This document shows, piece after piece, positions 45,729 through 54,928 of a DNA stretch of 56,815 nt (the first letter of the stretch is position 1; every line of letters starts with the position of its first letter). This DNA comes from Ilumatobacteraceae bacterium (lineage in GTDB: Bacteria; Actinomycetota; Acidimicrobiia; Acidimicrobiales; Ilumatobacteraceae). Location of the stretch: assembly GCA_009694565.1 (NCBI GenBank), contig SHUR01000001.1, positions 1 through 56,815 on the forward strand, given 5' to 3'. The translations under genes and the position numbers were made by a program. The notes under the pieces are model-generated. The model worked only from the letters and a program-made list of their open reading frames with translations, had not been told where the DNA came from and ran no database searches.

Positions 45729-46811
45729 ATGCAAATGGTCTCTTTTTTTGATTCGGTGACATTTGCTCATGGTCCAGCCATGAAAAACCGATTTATGTTG
45801 GCTCCACTCACGAACCAACAAAGCCATGTGGACGGCACGTTGTCTGACGATGAATTTCGTTGGCTAACAATGCGTGCTCAGGGTGGTTTTGGTCTCACCA
45901 TGACGTGTGCCTCACACGTGCAAGCAGTGGGTCAGGGTTTTGCTGGTCAGTTGGGCTGCTTTGGTGATCAACATCTAGAGGGGCTGACGCGGCTAGCTGA
46001 TGCGATCAATAAGGAAGCCAGTCTGTCTTTTGTGCAACTGCACCATGCAGGACGACGCTCACCCAAAGAACTCATTGGTGGTCAACCAGTCAGTTCCGGT
46101 GTTGATGAAAAGATGGATTCACGTGCGATGAGCACTGGCGAAGTGGAAGACATGGTGGAGGCTTTTATTGTTGCTGCTGTTCGTAGCGAGAAGGCTGGCT
46201 ACAACGGAGTAGAACTTCACGGTGCCCATGACTATGTTCTCTGCCAGTTCCTCAATGCTGAACTGAATGTTCGTACTGATAAATACGGTGGTTCGCTAGA
46301 GAATCGTTCTCGCGTGTTGTTCGACATTGTTGATGGCATACGCGAACGCTGTGGTGCTGACTTGAACCTCGCAGTTCGTCTTTCACCTGAACGTTTCGGC
46401 ATGAAGACTTCAGAAATTGTGAAAATCTACGGCCGGCTTGTTGACTCCGGAAAAGTAGACATGATCGACATGTCGTTGTGGGACTGTTTCAAAGTCGCTG
46501 TCGACGAAGACTGCGATGGCAAGGTTCTTATTGATATTTTCGCAAACCTTGAACGTGGTGTAACTAAACTGGCCGTTGCCGGCAAGTTGTATTCAGCAGC
46601 AGATTGCCAACGTGCCGTAGATGCCGGTGCAGACATTGTGGCCGTTGGTCGAGCCGCAATCGCGCATCACGATTTCCCAATCCTTGCCAATGACCCCGCA
46701 TTCACAATGCGACCGTTGCCTATTGCGCGCACTGCGTTGCTCGCTGAAGGTCTTAGTGAATCCTTTGTCGGGTATATGGCGAATTTTCCAGGCTTTGCAG
46801 AGGCGCAATAA
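45729..46811 (+). CDS. NADH:flavin oxidoreductase (Old Yellow Enzyme family)
   Basis: APLTNQQS, QLHHAGR and GVELHGAHDYVLCQFL are OYE motifs. I prefer ATG 45729 (AAAGG upstream). The track start is TTG 45711. Confidence 0.85.
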   Translation: MQMVSFFDSVTFAHGPAMKNRFMLAPLTNQQSHVDGTLSDDEFRWLTMRAQGGFGLTMTCASHVQAVGQGFAGQLGCFGDQHLEGLTRLADAINKEASLSFVQLHHAGRRSPKELIGGQPVSSGVDEKMDSRAMSTGEVEDMVEAFIVAAVRSEKAGYNGVELHGAHDYVLCQFLNAELNVRTDKYGGSLENRSRVLFDIVDGIRERCGADLNLAVRLSPERFGMKTSEIVKIYGRLVDSGKVDMIDMSLWDCFKVAVDEDCDGKVLIDIFANLERGVTKLAVAGKLYSAADCQRAVDAGADIVAVGRAAIAHHDFPILANDPAFTMRPLPIARTALLAEGLSESFVGYMANFPGFAEAQ

Positions 46812-46856
46812 CTTCTACAATGTGTCCTGACGTGTATCTGGGACACCTAAAAAGGA

Positions 46857-47735
46857 TTACTTGGATGATGTTGTTGGTGATGGTGGTGGAGAATTAAAAC
46901 CCATTGCCTTAATAAAGTCAAACATTTTGTCTCCAACTAAGGACGCCAATTCTTTTGGATCAGGTCCCTTGCCGGCTTTCATTGCAGTCATCAATAATTT
47001 AACAATTGCCGTGCAGTCTGCAATGCCAGCAGTGGCACACGCTTTTTTAATGAATTCCTCATTGATCTGCGGCGGATTTTGGTTTGATGGGGGATTGCTT
47101 GGCTGACCATTTCCGGCAGAACCCTGACCCCCGGTCTTTGGTTGGTTTTGTCCATTGGTGTTTTGCTTTATTTGTTGATTTGGTTGCTGCTCGTTAACCT
47201 TTTTTTGGTTTTGTGATTTTGCCTCATCCATCCTTTGTTCTAAGGCTTCTTCCTCTGGGTCTAGTACTGCGAGATCTTCAAGGAGATTTTCATCATCAGC
47301 TGCAGCCTCAGCTGAGGTGTAGGCGACTTTGTACTCTTTGGATGTGAAAGCTTTATTTGAACCTGACTTTTTCACTAGTACGCGATAAAGCACTATTCCA
47401 TCAAACCATATATCGTCATCGTCGGTAGATGAGACGCCAAAGATTAGACGACCTGAGTTGGTCTTTCCGGAATCCAGTTCTTCCCATTCAATTTCATCGG
47501 GATCATTAGCAACTTCGATAATCGCCGACCGCTTTGCAGATTTTGGAGTGAGACTCACTGTGATTTCACAGTCATCTTCATCAATTTCCTCCACCATTTG
47601 TCCGTCCGCACAATCACCAGTCATGAAAACTTTGACAGTTTGTTTGGGTGCGGCGGCGTTTGCACTACCGGGCACTGCCACGGCGAGTGAGCTAGCAAGT
47701 AGTACTGAGCTGGTAAGTAAGGCACGAATTTTCAT
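46857..47735 (-). CDS. Secreted hypothetical protein: acidic N-terminal domain, Q/N/G/P-rich low-complexity linker, small Cys-containing C-terminal domain
   Basis: The signal peptide is MKIRALLTSSVLLASSLAVAVPGSANA|AAP. ATG 47735 is preceded by GGAGA 4 nt upstream. There are two Cys pairs. No family was recognised. GC is about 43% by hand count against about 50-52% in the neighbours. Confidence 0.6.
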   Translation of the reverse strand: MKIRALLTSSVLLASSLAVAVPGSANAAAPKQTVKVFMTGDCADGQMVEEIDEDDCEITVSLTPKSAKRSAIIEVANDPDEIEWEELDSGKTNSGRLIFGVSSTDDDDIWFDGIVLYRVLVKKSGSNKAFTSKEYKVAYTSAEAAADDENLLEDLAVLDPEEEALEQRMDEAKSQNQKKVNEQQPNQQIKQNTNGQNQPKTGGQGSAGNGQPSNPPSNQNPPQINEEFIKKACATAGIADCTAIVKLLMTAMKAGKGPDPKELASLVGDKMFDFIKAMGFNSPPPSPTTSSK

Positions 47736-47778
47736 GAGGTCTCCAGTTTTTGAGGTGGCGAATGTCACCACTGGGGGA

Positions 47779-47807
47779 AATCTATCCCTTTATTGAAAAA
47801 ATATCAA
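47779..47807 (-). promoter_or_regulatory. Candidate sigma-70-type promoter for the secreted-protein gene
   Basis: On the reverse strand I read TTGATA (47807-47802), a 17-nt spacer, then TAGATT (47784-47779). This lies about 45 nt upstream of ATG 47735 and just after the fumarase stop. Confidence 0.3.
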
Positions 47808-47813
47808 GGGGTC

Positions 47814-49454
47814 TTAGTTGAGATGAACAGGCACTCCTGTGCCACCAACTTGATCAAAGAAGTCATTGCCCTTGTCGTCCACCACTATGAAGGCGGGGAA
47901 ATCCCGTACTTCGATCTTCCACACGGCTTCCATGCCCAGTTCTGCGTACTCGAGCACTTCAACCTTTGTGATGCAGTCGTGGGCCAAACGGGCAGCAGGA
48001 CCACCTACAGAACCTAAGTAGAACCCTCCATATGTCTGGCACGCTTCCGTAACTTGGCGAGACCTGTTGCCTTTGGCCAGCATCACAAAACTTCCGCCAG
48101 CTGCCTGGAACTCAGCGACATAACTATCCATGCGTCCTGCTGTGGTGGGACCAAATGAACCCGACGCCATGCCGGTCGGAGTTTTTGCAGGTCCTGCGTA
48201 ATACACACAGTGGTCTTTCATGTATTGGGGCAATCCGTCTCCAGCGTCAAGACGTTCCTTCAATTTTGCGTGTGCAATATCACGCGCAACAACCATTGGT
48301 CCCGTCAGCATCACGCGAGTCTTGACTGGATGCTTTGACAACGTTGCACGAATTTGATCCATCGGTTGTGTGAGGTCAATTTGTACAACTTCTTCGCTTA
48401 AGTCTTCGTGCGTCACTTCGGGCAAGAAACGTGATGGGTCGGTTTCGAGCACTTCTAGGAAAATTCCGTCGCGTGAAATTTTTCCAAGTACTTGACGGTC
48501 TGCACTACATGACACAGCGAATGAGACTGGGCAACTAGCACCATGTCGAGGAAGGCGCACAACGCGCACGTCGTGGCAGAAGTACTTTCCACCAAATTGG
48601 GCACCGATACCTGTCTCTTGTGACAATTTCAATATTTTTTGCTCAAGGTCAAGGTCACGAAATGCGTGACCAAGTTCGCTTCCATGTGTAGGAAGTGAAT
48701 CGAGGTAATGAGTGCTGGCTAATTTTGCCGTTTCTACTGCTTGTTCTGCAGAAGTTCCACCAATCACAATTGCCAAGTGATATGGCGGGCAAGCTGCAGT
48801 TCCTAACGTGATCATTTTTTCAAAAACCCAGGGCAGAAGTGATTTTTCATTCAACAATGCTTTTGTTTCTTGGAACAGGTAGCTCTTGTTTGCAGAACCG
48901 CCACCTTTTGCAATAAAAAGGAATTTATAGGTATCACCATCAACAGATGCAATCTTGATTTCGGCTGGCAAGTTGTTGCCAGTGTTCTTCTCTTCGTACA
49001 TGGTGATGGGTGCCATCTGGCTGTAGCGAAGGTTGCTTGTTTGATATGTATTGAAAACGCCGCGAGCAATTGCTTCTTCGTCGCCTCCGCCTGTCATGAC
49101 GAACTGGCCCTTTTTTGCCTTCACAATTGCGGTACCCGTGTCTTGGCACATCGGTAAAACCCCGCCGGCAGCGATACTGGCATTTTTTAGAAGGTCAAGT
49201 GCGACGAATCGGTCGTTGGCACTTGCTTCGGGGTCAGACAAGATGTTGCTGAGCTGTTGCAAGTGGTCTGTGCGCAACAGGTGTGCAATGTCGCGCATTG
49301 CTGTTTGTGTCAGAAGCGTGATGGCCTCTGGTGTGATACGAAGAAATGTGCCAAGAGGAGTCTCAACTTGCGACACGCCGTCTTTCGACAGCAATCGGTA
49401 TTCGGTGGTATCTGGCCCCAAGGGGAAGATCTCTGAAAAGACAAACTCTTGCAT
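47814..49454 (-). CDS. fumA: Class I (Fe-S) fumarate hydratase, fused alpha/beta
   Basis: 546 aa and collinear with E. coli FumA. Matches include [44 protein letters not shown], and the [16 protein letters not shown] tail. Confidence 0.9.
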   Translation of the reverse strand: MQEFVFSEIFPLGPDTTEYRLLSKDGVSQVETPLGTFLRITPEAITLLTQTAMRDIAHLLRTDHLQQLSNILSDPEASANDRFVALDLLKNASIAAGGVLPMCQDTGTAIVKAKKGQFVMTGGGDEEAIARGVFNTYQTSNLRYSQMAPITMYEEKNTGNNLPAEIKIASVDGDTYKFLFIAKGGGSANKSYLFQETKALLNEKSLLPWVFEKMITLGTAACPPYHLAIVIGGTSAEQAVETAKLASTHYLDSLPTHGSELGHAFRDLDLEQKILKLSQETGIGAQFGGKYFCHDVRVVRLPRHGASCPVSFAVSCSADRQVLGKISRDGIFLEVLETDPSRFLPEVTHEDLSEEVVQIDLTQPMDQIRATLSKHPVKTRVMLTGPMVVARDIAHAKLKERLDAGDGLPQYMKDHCVYYAGPAKTPTGMASGSFGPTTAGRMDSYVAEFQAAGGSFVMLAKGNRSRQVTEACQTYGGFYLGSVGGPAARLAHDCITKVEVLEYAELGMEAVWKIEVRDFPAFIVVDDKGNDFFDQVGGTGVPVHLN

Positions 49455-49488
49455 GTCCCTAGGTTAGAACGAAGTACCTCAGGGTGCT

Positions 49489-51981
49489 CTACGCGCTGGG
49501 GTCAATGGGCCAATCGTGCTTGGGGTACCTACCCGCCATCTCTTTGCGTACGTCGCTCCACGAGCCTTTCCAGAACCCGGGCAAATCCGCGGTTATCTGA
49601 ATGGGACGTTGTGCTGGTGACAAGAGCTGAATGCGCAGTGGGATGGTGTTGTTCAGAACTGATGGGTGAGTGGTGACGCCATAGAGGTGCTGCACACGAA
49701 TAGAAATGGTTGGAGCGGCGGGGTCTGCGTAATTGATGTCAACTGGATGACCGCGCGGTGGAGAAAATTGTGCTGGTGCTAATTGATCAAGTTGTGAGCT
49801 TGCATCCCAGCCAAGAGTTGATTGCAACACCATCGTGAGATCTACTTTTGCAAGGTCGCTACGCGATGTTGCACCGGCAAGAAACGGCACAAGCCATTCT
49901 TCGAGAGTTGCAAGTAGGTGTGCATTCGAAGTCTCGGGCCATGCATCACCTTGATTGTGACGGAGAAATGCAATGCGTTGTCGAAATACAGAAGCTGATC
50001 CGTTACCTAGAACGGCCATGTTTGTTGCCCGTACTCGTTCGAGAAGGGCGTCGGTGGTTTCGGTGCCTGGCGTTGGTTGCAGGTCGCGTTCGTCAATGCG
50101 AATGCTTCCCACTTTGCGCACTACACGCTGCACCAAGTCATCCCGTGATTTATCCCACAGTAAGTACGACTCAATCTCGACATCATCTCCGAGAACGGTG
50201 GCAATGAATTCAATGTCCACTGCTGCCCCGCGACGAAGTCGAGATGTGGAACGTTGAGCATCAATGTCTGCTGCAACTACAAACTTCTCACGCGCAATCG
50301 GGTCTTTGGAATCCATGATTACTGCGCCACCGCCACGCATAACAAACTGGCCGGGCGACGACCTGCGCATTCCAAGTCTGTCGGGGTATGCCGACAAGAG
50401 AACAACGCCACACAATGAGTCAATGGCATCATCAGAAACATTGTCATCAGTATGAATAGATGAACGACGGGCTATATCGCGTGCTGCTTCAAGAACACGC
50501 CGTGTGGCACCGCGATCTGCTGCATCGTGATGCGCTATACCAAGGACTGCTTTCACACGCAGCGCAAGGTCGGCTGGTAATGAATCGGGTTTGCCACGCA
50601 TGATGTCGCGTTCTTCCAGCAAAGCAGCGACTACGCATGCAATCCATCCGTGAGGGTGAAGGTCTCGGTTACGCGCAACCATGGTGCCAAGACGAGGGTG
50701 CAGTGGCAAGCCAAGAACAGACCTGCCAAGCGAGGTGATATGGCCCTCGAGGTTCATTAAGTGCAACATGATCAGGGTGTCAGTGGCTACGCGTAACGAC
50801 TTTTCAGGCAGTGCATCGAGAAACGACAACTGCGCAAGGGGGGTTCCCCATGCGGCAACTTCTAATGCGACACCACATAAGTCGACCTGTGTAATTTCTG
50901 CTGGCAAATGGGACAGGCGAGTGGAATCTTCTATGCGGCTCCATAAACGGTATGCAACGCCTTCACGCACGCGTCCTGCTCGACCGCTGCGTTGATCAGC
51001 AGATGCTCGCGATGAGGTGACGGTGACGAGTTCAGTGAGTCCTGTGCGCGAATCGAGTCGTGGAACGCGAGCAATACCAGCATCGACCACGATGTGAACT
51101 CCGTCAACCGTAAGTGATGTTTCGGCAATGTCGGTCGATAGAACCACGCGACGACGGCCCAGGCCACTGGCATTTAAGGCTGCGTCTTGTTCTGCAAACG
51201 GGAGAGCACCTGCAAGTCGCAATACATCAACATTGTCTGCCACGCGATCTTTTAGAAGCGTTTGCGCTCTGTTGATTTCCCCAATTCCCGGCAAGAACAC
51301 CAAGATGTCACCATCGTCAGTGTTGAGCGCCCCAAGAACTACATCCGTGATTGCATTTTCAAGCCGGTCATTGCGTTGACGAGGCACATAGCGAATGTCA
51401 ATCGGAAACGTACGTCCCTCCGAGAGGATGATGGGCGCGTCGCCCTGGTTGTCGGCAAGCACGTGGGCAAAAAGTTGTGTTTGAGCTGTGGCGGACATAG
51501 CCAAAATCTTTATGTCTGTAGAAAATGTCTTGATTGCATCAAGAAGAAATGCGAGACCAAGGTCAGTTGGCACGTTGCGTTCGTGCACTTCATCAAAAAT
51601 TACAAGTGCAGTACTGTCGAGTGTTGGATCATTTTGCAAACGTCGAGTCAGAATTCCTTCTGTCAGAACTTCGATGCGTGTATTGGCACCAATCTTTCGC
51701 TCATCACGAGTTTGGTATCCGACAGTGTCACCAACTTTTTCGCCAAGTAAGAACGCCATGCGTTGTGCTGCAGCTCGTGCGGCAAGCCGACGCGGTTCAA
51801 GCATCACGATTTTTCGACCAGCTATCCAATCTTCGTGTAATAAACGAAGTGGAACAAGAGTTGTTTTGCCTGCACCAGGTGGCGCAATGAGCACGGAATG
51901 TCGACGTGTTGTGAGGGCTTCTCTCAGGCGCGCTATGGCCTCTTCAACAGGGAGGCCTGTATCTGGTAACGAATCAGACAA
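49489..51981 (-). CDS. hrpB: ATP-dependent RNA helicase HrpB (DEAH box)
   Basis: It has APPGAGKTT (Walker A), the DEVHER box, SATAQT, TDIAETSLTV, QRSGRAGR and the HrpB C-terminal domain. I prefer TTG 51981. The track ATG at 52143 adds 54 unconserved-looking codons that overlap the upstream gene. Confidence 0.85.
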   Translation of the reverse strand: MSDSLPDTGLPVEEAIARLREALTTRRHSVLIAPPGAGKTTLVPLRLLHEDWIAGRKIVMLEPRRLAARAAAQRMAFLLGEKVGDTVGYQTRDERKIGANTRIEVLTEGILTRRLQNDPTLDSTALVIFDEVHERNVPTDLGLAFLLDAIKTFSTDIKILAMSATAQTQLFAHVLADNQGDAPIILSEGRTFPIDIRYVPRQRNDRLENAITDVVLGALNTDDGDILVFLPGIGEINRAQTLLKDRVADNVDVLRLAGALPFAEQDAALNASGLGRRRVVLSTDIAETSLTVDGVHIVVDAGIARVPRLDSRTGLTELVTVTSSRASADQRSGRAGRVREGVAYRLWSRIEDSTRLSHLPAEITQVDLCGVALEVAAWGTPLAQLSFLDALPEKSLRVATDTLIMLHLMNLEGHITSLGRSVLGLPLHPRLGTMVARNRDLHPHGWIACVVAALLEERDIMRGKPDSLPADLALRVKAVLGIAHHDAADRGATRRVLEAARDIARRSSIHTDDNVSDDAIDSLCGVVLLSAYPDRLGMRRSSPGQFVMRGGGAVIMDSKDPIAREKFVVAADIDAQRSTSRLRRGAAVDIEFIATVLGDDVEIESYLLWDKSRDDLVQRVVRKVGSIRIDERDLQPTPGTETTDALLERVRATNMAVLGNGSASVFRQRIAFLRHNQGDAWPETSNAHLLATLEEWLVPFLAGATSRSDLAKVDLTMVLQSTLGWDASSQLDQLAPAQFSPPRGHPVDINYADPAAPTISIRVQHLYGVTTHPSVLNNTIPLRIQLLSPAQRPIQITADLPGFWKGSWSDVRKEMAGRYPKHDWPIDPSA

Positions 51982-52474
51982 GTGCGGGTGTGCCGCGAAA
52001 CGAGCCAGGGTCGCCTGGGGCAGGAATGGTGGGTCGAGACCAACTGGTGAGCGCTGCAACAGTTGCAGCAACTTCTTTCCACTCAGCAGATGTCCACCCT
52101 TGAGCGGCAATGGGAACGGACCCACCAGACTTGATGAGGACAAACGCAGGAAGCTCGGACAATCCGAGTGCCTTTACTGCGATGCGATCAGGATCAGAAA
52201 ATACTAAGAACTCCTCGGCGTATGGGCCAAGGAATGCACGTGCATCGGTGGTGTCAGACGTGACGATGAAGTTGACGCGAACAGCAGCTCCAGAGAATTG
52301 ACGAAGGATGCGGACTGCGGTTTTGAGAATCCATGAGCTTTCGTTCGTGAACGGGTCGAGAACCACAGAAGCGAGGTGAAAAGTGGTGAGCCACTGATGA
52401 AGAGTCTTTGCGTCACCCGCGAGAGGGGTGAGGGTGAGATCCATGCTGGGGTTGGGGAGAGATGAGGTTGCCAC
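51974..52474 (-). CDS. Hypothetical protein, possibly thioredoxin-like fold, without any cysteine
   Basis: 166 aa; the start is GTG 52474 or ATG 52444. The pattern HLASVVLDP...VNFIVT...LPAFVLI resembles a TlpA/peroxiredoxin-like fold, but there is no CXXC. The stop overlaps the preferred hrpB start. Confidence 0.5.
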   Translation of the reverse strand: MATSSLPNPSMDLTLTPLAGDAKTLHQWLTTFHLASVVLDPFTNESSWILKTAVRILRQFSGAAVRVNFIVTSDTTDARAFLGPYAEEFLVFSDPDRIAVKALGLSELPAFVLIKSGGSVPIAAQGWTSAEWKEVAATVAALTSWSRPTIPAPGDPGSFRGTPALV

Positions 52475-52480
52475 GTATTC

Positions 52481-52500
52481 AACGCTAGTTCAGTAGCGTT
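52481..52500. promoter_or_regulatory. Perfect 7-bp inverted repeat (AACGCTA-N6-TAGCGTT) filling a 32-62 bp divergent intergenic region; candidate operator
   Basis: Read directly: aacgcta gttcag tagcgtt. It lies 6 nt upstream of ATG 52507 and 7 nt from GTG 52474. Confidence 0.25.
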
Positions 52501-52506
52501 ACGAAC

Positions 52507-53313
52507 ATGCATCCCATCGAGCATCTTCGTTATGTGGCACGAGCCCATGGGGCAGACCCAGTGGAAATTGCTGTTGGGGCGGCCGATGCTCTTGCGGGTA
52601 TTTCGCGCGATCCGGCAGCGACCTTGGTGTCAGCCCGTCGGTTAGTTGAACATCACCCCACAAACGCGCCCCTCTGGTCGGTGTGTGCCCATGCAGTCAC
52701 ATCGATGGACCCATACCGCGACGTTGATGATCTGGCGCGTCGTATAGCTAATGACGCCACGGCGACTCACTTGGTCGATGCACTTGAAGGTGCGTCAACC
52801 GTGTGCATGGTCGGTTGGTCTGGACATCTTGTTGATGCGCTCGCACGTCGTGGTGACATTCATGTGCTTGTCGTTGATTCTTTAGGTGACGGTCAAGACG
52901 CTCTGCGGTATCTATCGCGTCGTGAAGTGAGCTGTGAATTAGTGGCGCCTGAAGGTCTTGCATCAGCCGCTGAATACGCTGATGCGACGATCTTGTCTGC
53001 ACTTGCCGTGGGCGACGAGGGCGTGTTGTGTGCTGGAGGTTCACTTGCTCTCGCTGCTGTTGCATATTGCGTCGAACAACCAGTGTGGATGGTTGCGTCG
53101 GAAGGAACCCGACTACCGCTCGGGCTATTTACAGCCATGGTGAGTGGAGTGCGAGACAGGCCTGACCCGTGGGCGTCAGGTTTCGATGTTGTCTCACACG
53201 CGCTCGTGTCGTCTGTCTTTGGGCCAACTATTACGTCAGGTACCGCGGACACTTTGGCCAAGATAACTTCCTGCCCTGCTGCCGATGAACTTCTTCGGCG
53301 CAGTGTTGTGTGA
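52507..53313 (+). CDS. Hypothetical protein with distant eIF-2B alpha/beta/delta-like (sugar-phosphate isomerase fold) resemblance
   Basis: 268 aa. The order of VCMVGWSGHLVDAL...VLVVDS...ELVAPEG...ADATILSALAVG...GGSLALAAVAY...PVWMVAS mimics the eIF2B/MtnA Rossmann-like domain. This is a weak call made by eye. Confidence 0.45.
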   Translation: MHPIEHLRYVARAHGADPVEIAVGAADALAGISRDPAATLVSARRLVEHHPTNAPLWSVCAHAVTSMDPYRDVDDLARRIANDATATHLVDALEGASTVCMVGWSGHLVDALARRGDIHVLVVDSLGDGQDALRYLSRREVSCELVAPEGLASAAEYADATILSALAVGDEGVLCAGGSLALAAVAYCVEQPVWMVASEGTRLPLGLFTAMVSGVRDRPDPWASGFDVVSHALVSSVFGPTITSGTADTLAKITSCPAADELLRRSVV

Positions 53314-53359
53314 GCGTTCCGTCTAAGTTGGCAATCACGAATCGAGAAGGAGTATTCCG

Positions 53360-54028
53360 ATGGGTGAAATGGTTGAATTCAAAAGCAATGGCGGAACATG
53401 CACTGGCTACCTTGCCGGCACGAGTGGCCCAGGTGTCATTGTTATTCAAGAGTGGTGGGGTTTAGTTCCACACATCACTGACATTGCAGATCGTTTCGCT
53501 GCAGAGGGTTTTGTTGCCCTTGCTCCAGATATGTATCACGGAGAAGTAACAGATGAACCAGACCTTGCTGGCAAGTTGCTCATGAGCATGAATCTTGTAA
53601 CGGCAGGAAAAGATCTGAGCGGCGCAGTTGATTTATTGCAAGAACGAACCGGCCGAACAAAAGTTGGTGTCACTGGTTTCTGCATGGGCGGTGGACTTGC
53701 TCTGATGGCTGCATGTTTACGATCAGATGCAATTGCGGCTGCAGCGCCGTTCTACGGTGGCATGCGCCCTGACACCGTAATTGAGTGGGATAACTTGGCA
53801 GCCGTGGTGGAAGGTCACTACGCCGCAACAGATCGCGGCACTGCTTCACCAGAAGCTGTGAAGGAACTGGAAGCCACATTGCGCGGCAAGGGAAAGAATG
53901 CCACGTTCCATGTGTATCCCGGAACCCAACATGCGTTCTTTAACGACACTCGCCCAGAGGTGTATGACGCTGCGGTTGCTAAAACTGCATGGGATCGCAC
54001 TCTGGCGCTGTTTCGCGCGAATCTTTAA
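53360..54028 (+). CDS. Dienelactone hydrolase family protein
   Basis: 222 aa. It has the nucleophile elbow GFCMGG and a late HAF (His). The RBS GAAGGAG lies upstream. Confidence 0.85.
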   Translation: MGEMVEFKSNGGTCTGYLAGTSGPGVIVIQEWWGLVPHITDIADRFAAEGFVALAPDMYHGEVTDEPDLAGKLLMSMNLVTAGKDLSGAVDLLQERTGRTKVGVTGFCMGGGLALMAACLRSDAIAAAAPFYGGMRPDTVIEWDNLAAVVEGHYAATDRGTASPEAVKELEATLRGKGKNATFHVYPGTQHAFFNDTRPEVYDAAVAKTAWDRTLALFRANL

Positions 54029-54037
54029 TTTTTAAAA

Positions 54038-54904
54038 CTACTTAAGTTCGGCGATTGCATCAGCGATTGCAATAGCGCGTTGTGCGTTTGCAACATGAAG
54101 ATTTTCAATCATGCGGCCATCGAGCTGAACAACGCCTTTGCCTGCCGCAAGTGCTTCGTCAAATGCTGCAATAACTTTGCGTGCGTGTTCTACTTCGGCT
54201 TCACTTGGTGACCACACATCGTTTGCGACTCCAACTTGATCAGGATGAATCAGAGTTTTCCCATCAAAGCCCATCTCTGCGCCTTGTACGCACTCTGCAC
54301 GGAATCCGTCAGCGTTCTTGATGTCGTTATAGACACCGTCAAGAATTGTCTTTCCTGCTTCACGCGCTGCAAGTAGTGCTGTGTGAAGGCTTGGGAAGAG
54401 AGGTGCACGACCAGGTACTTGCGCTGCGCGCAGTTCCTTTGCCAAATCGTTTGTTCCCATAATGAGAACAGGAACACGAGGATGTGCCGCAATTTCGCGA
54501 CAGTCAAAGATTGCAGTGGGCGTTTCAATCATCGCCCAAATCATCATCTCTTTTGGTGCGCCGGCGGCGTCGAGCGCTGCTGAAACTTCATTTACCTCAG
54601 CAACAGAGTTGATCTTGGGAATCACAACAGCTGATATGCATGCTTTTGCAGCTGCGGCGACATCAGCATGGCCCCATGGTGTTGCAAGTGCATTACAACG
54701 AATGGTGAGTTCACGCTTGCCGTATTCGCCAGAATTCACTGCTGCAATTGCCTGTGCACGCGCAATGTCTTTTGAATCTGGCGACACTGCATCTTCAAGG
54801 TCAAAGATGATTGCATCAGTTGAGATACCTTTTGCTTTTTCTAGCGCACGCTCATTGGCAGCAGGCATATACAAAGCTGAACGGCGTGGACGTAGTGCAG
54901 ACAT
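54038..54904 (-). CDS. HpcH/HpaI aldolase / CitE-family protein, short form; resembles (3S)-malyl-CoA thioesterase (Mcl2-like)
   Basis: 288 aa. It has SALYMPAANERALEKAKG, IIFDLEDAV, AMIETP, IMGTNDLAKEL, DGVYNDIKN and GFDGKTLIHPDQV. The RBS GAGGAG lies 5 nt upstream of ATG 54904. Confidence 0.7.
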   Translation of the reverse strand: MSALRPRRSALYMPAANERALEKAKGISTDAIIFDLEDAVSPDSKDIARAQAIAAVNSGEYGKRELTIRCNALATPWGHADVAAAAKACISAVVIPKINSVAEVNEVSAALDAAGAPKEMMIWAMIETPTAIFDCREIAAHPRVPVLIMGTNDLAKELRAAQVPGRAPLFPSLHTALLAAREAGKTILDGVYNDIKNADGFRAECVQGAEMGFDGKTLIHPDQVGVANDVWSPSEAEVEHARKVIAAFDEALAAGKGVVQLDGRMIENLHVANAQRAIAIADAIAELK

Positions 54905-54928
54905 GGTGACTCCTCAGTGTTGTTGGGG

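Noticed and set aside
46822-46846. Hairpin GTGTCC-N13-GGACAC between the convergent OYE and secreted-protein genes as a bidirectional terminator
   Set aside because: The loop is 13 nt. The T-run lies on the wrong side for the reverse-strand gene, and an A-run follows on the plus strand. The evidence is too weak to annotate.
51982-52143. 54-codon N-terminal extension of HrpB in the ORF track (ATG 52143)
   Set aside because: The extension overlaps the 3' third of the upstream 166-aa ORF in another frame. It precedes the region where HrpB homologs normally begin, shortly before the Walker A motif. A TTG at 51981, overlapping the upstream stop, gives a typical length of about 830 aa.
51488-52207. 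239-aa plus-strand ORF (also 11541-12188, 15910-16476, 24246-24860 and other ORFs over 150 aa on the opposite strand of strong genes)
   Set aside because: All are antisense to genes with strong family signatures (hrpB, lpdA, the M24 peptidase, LLM). Their translations are Arg/Ser/Ala/Pro-rich low-information sequences.
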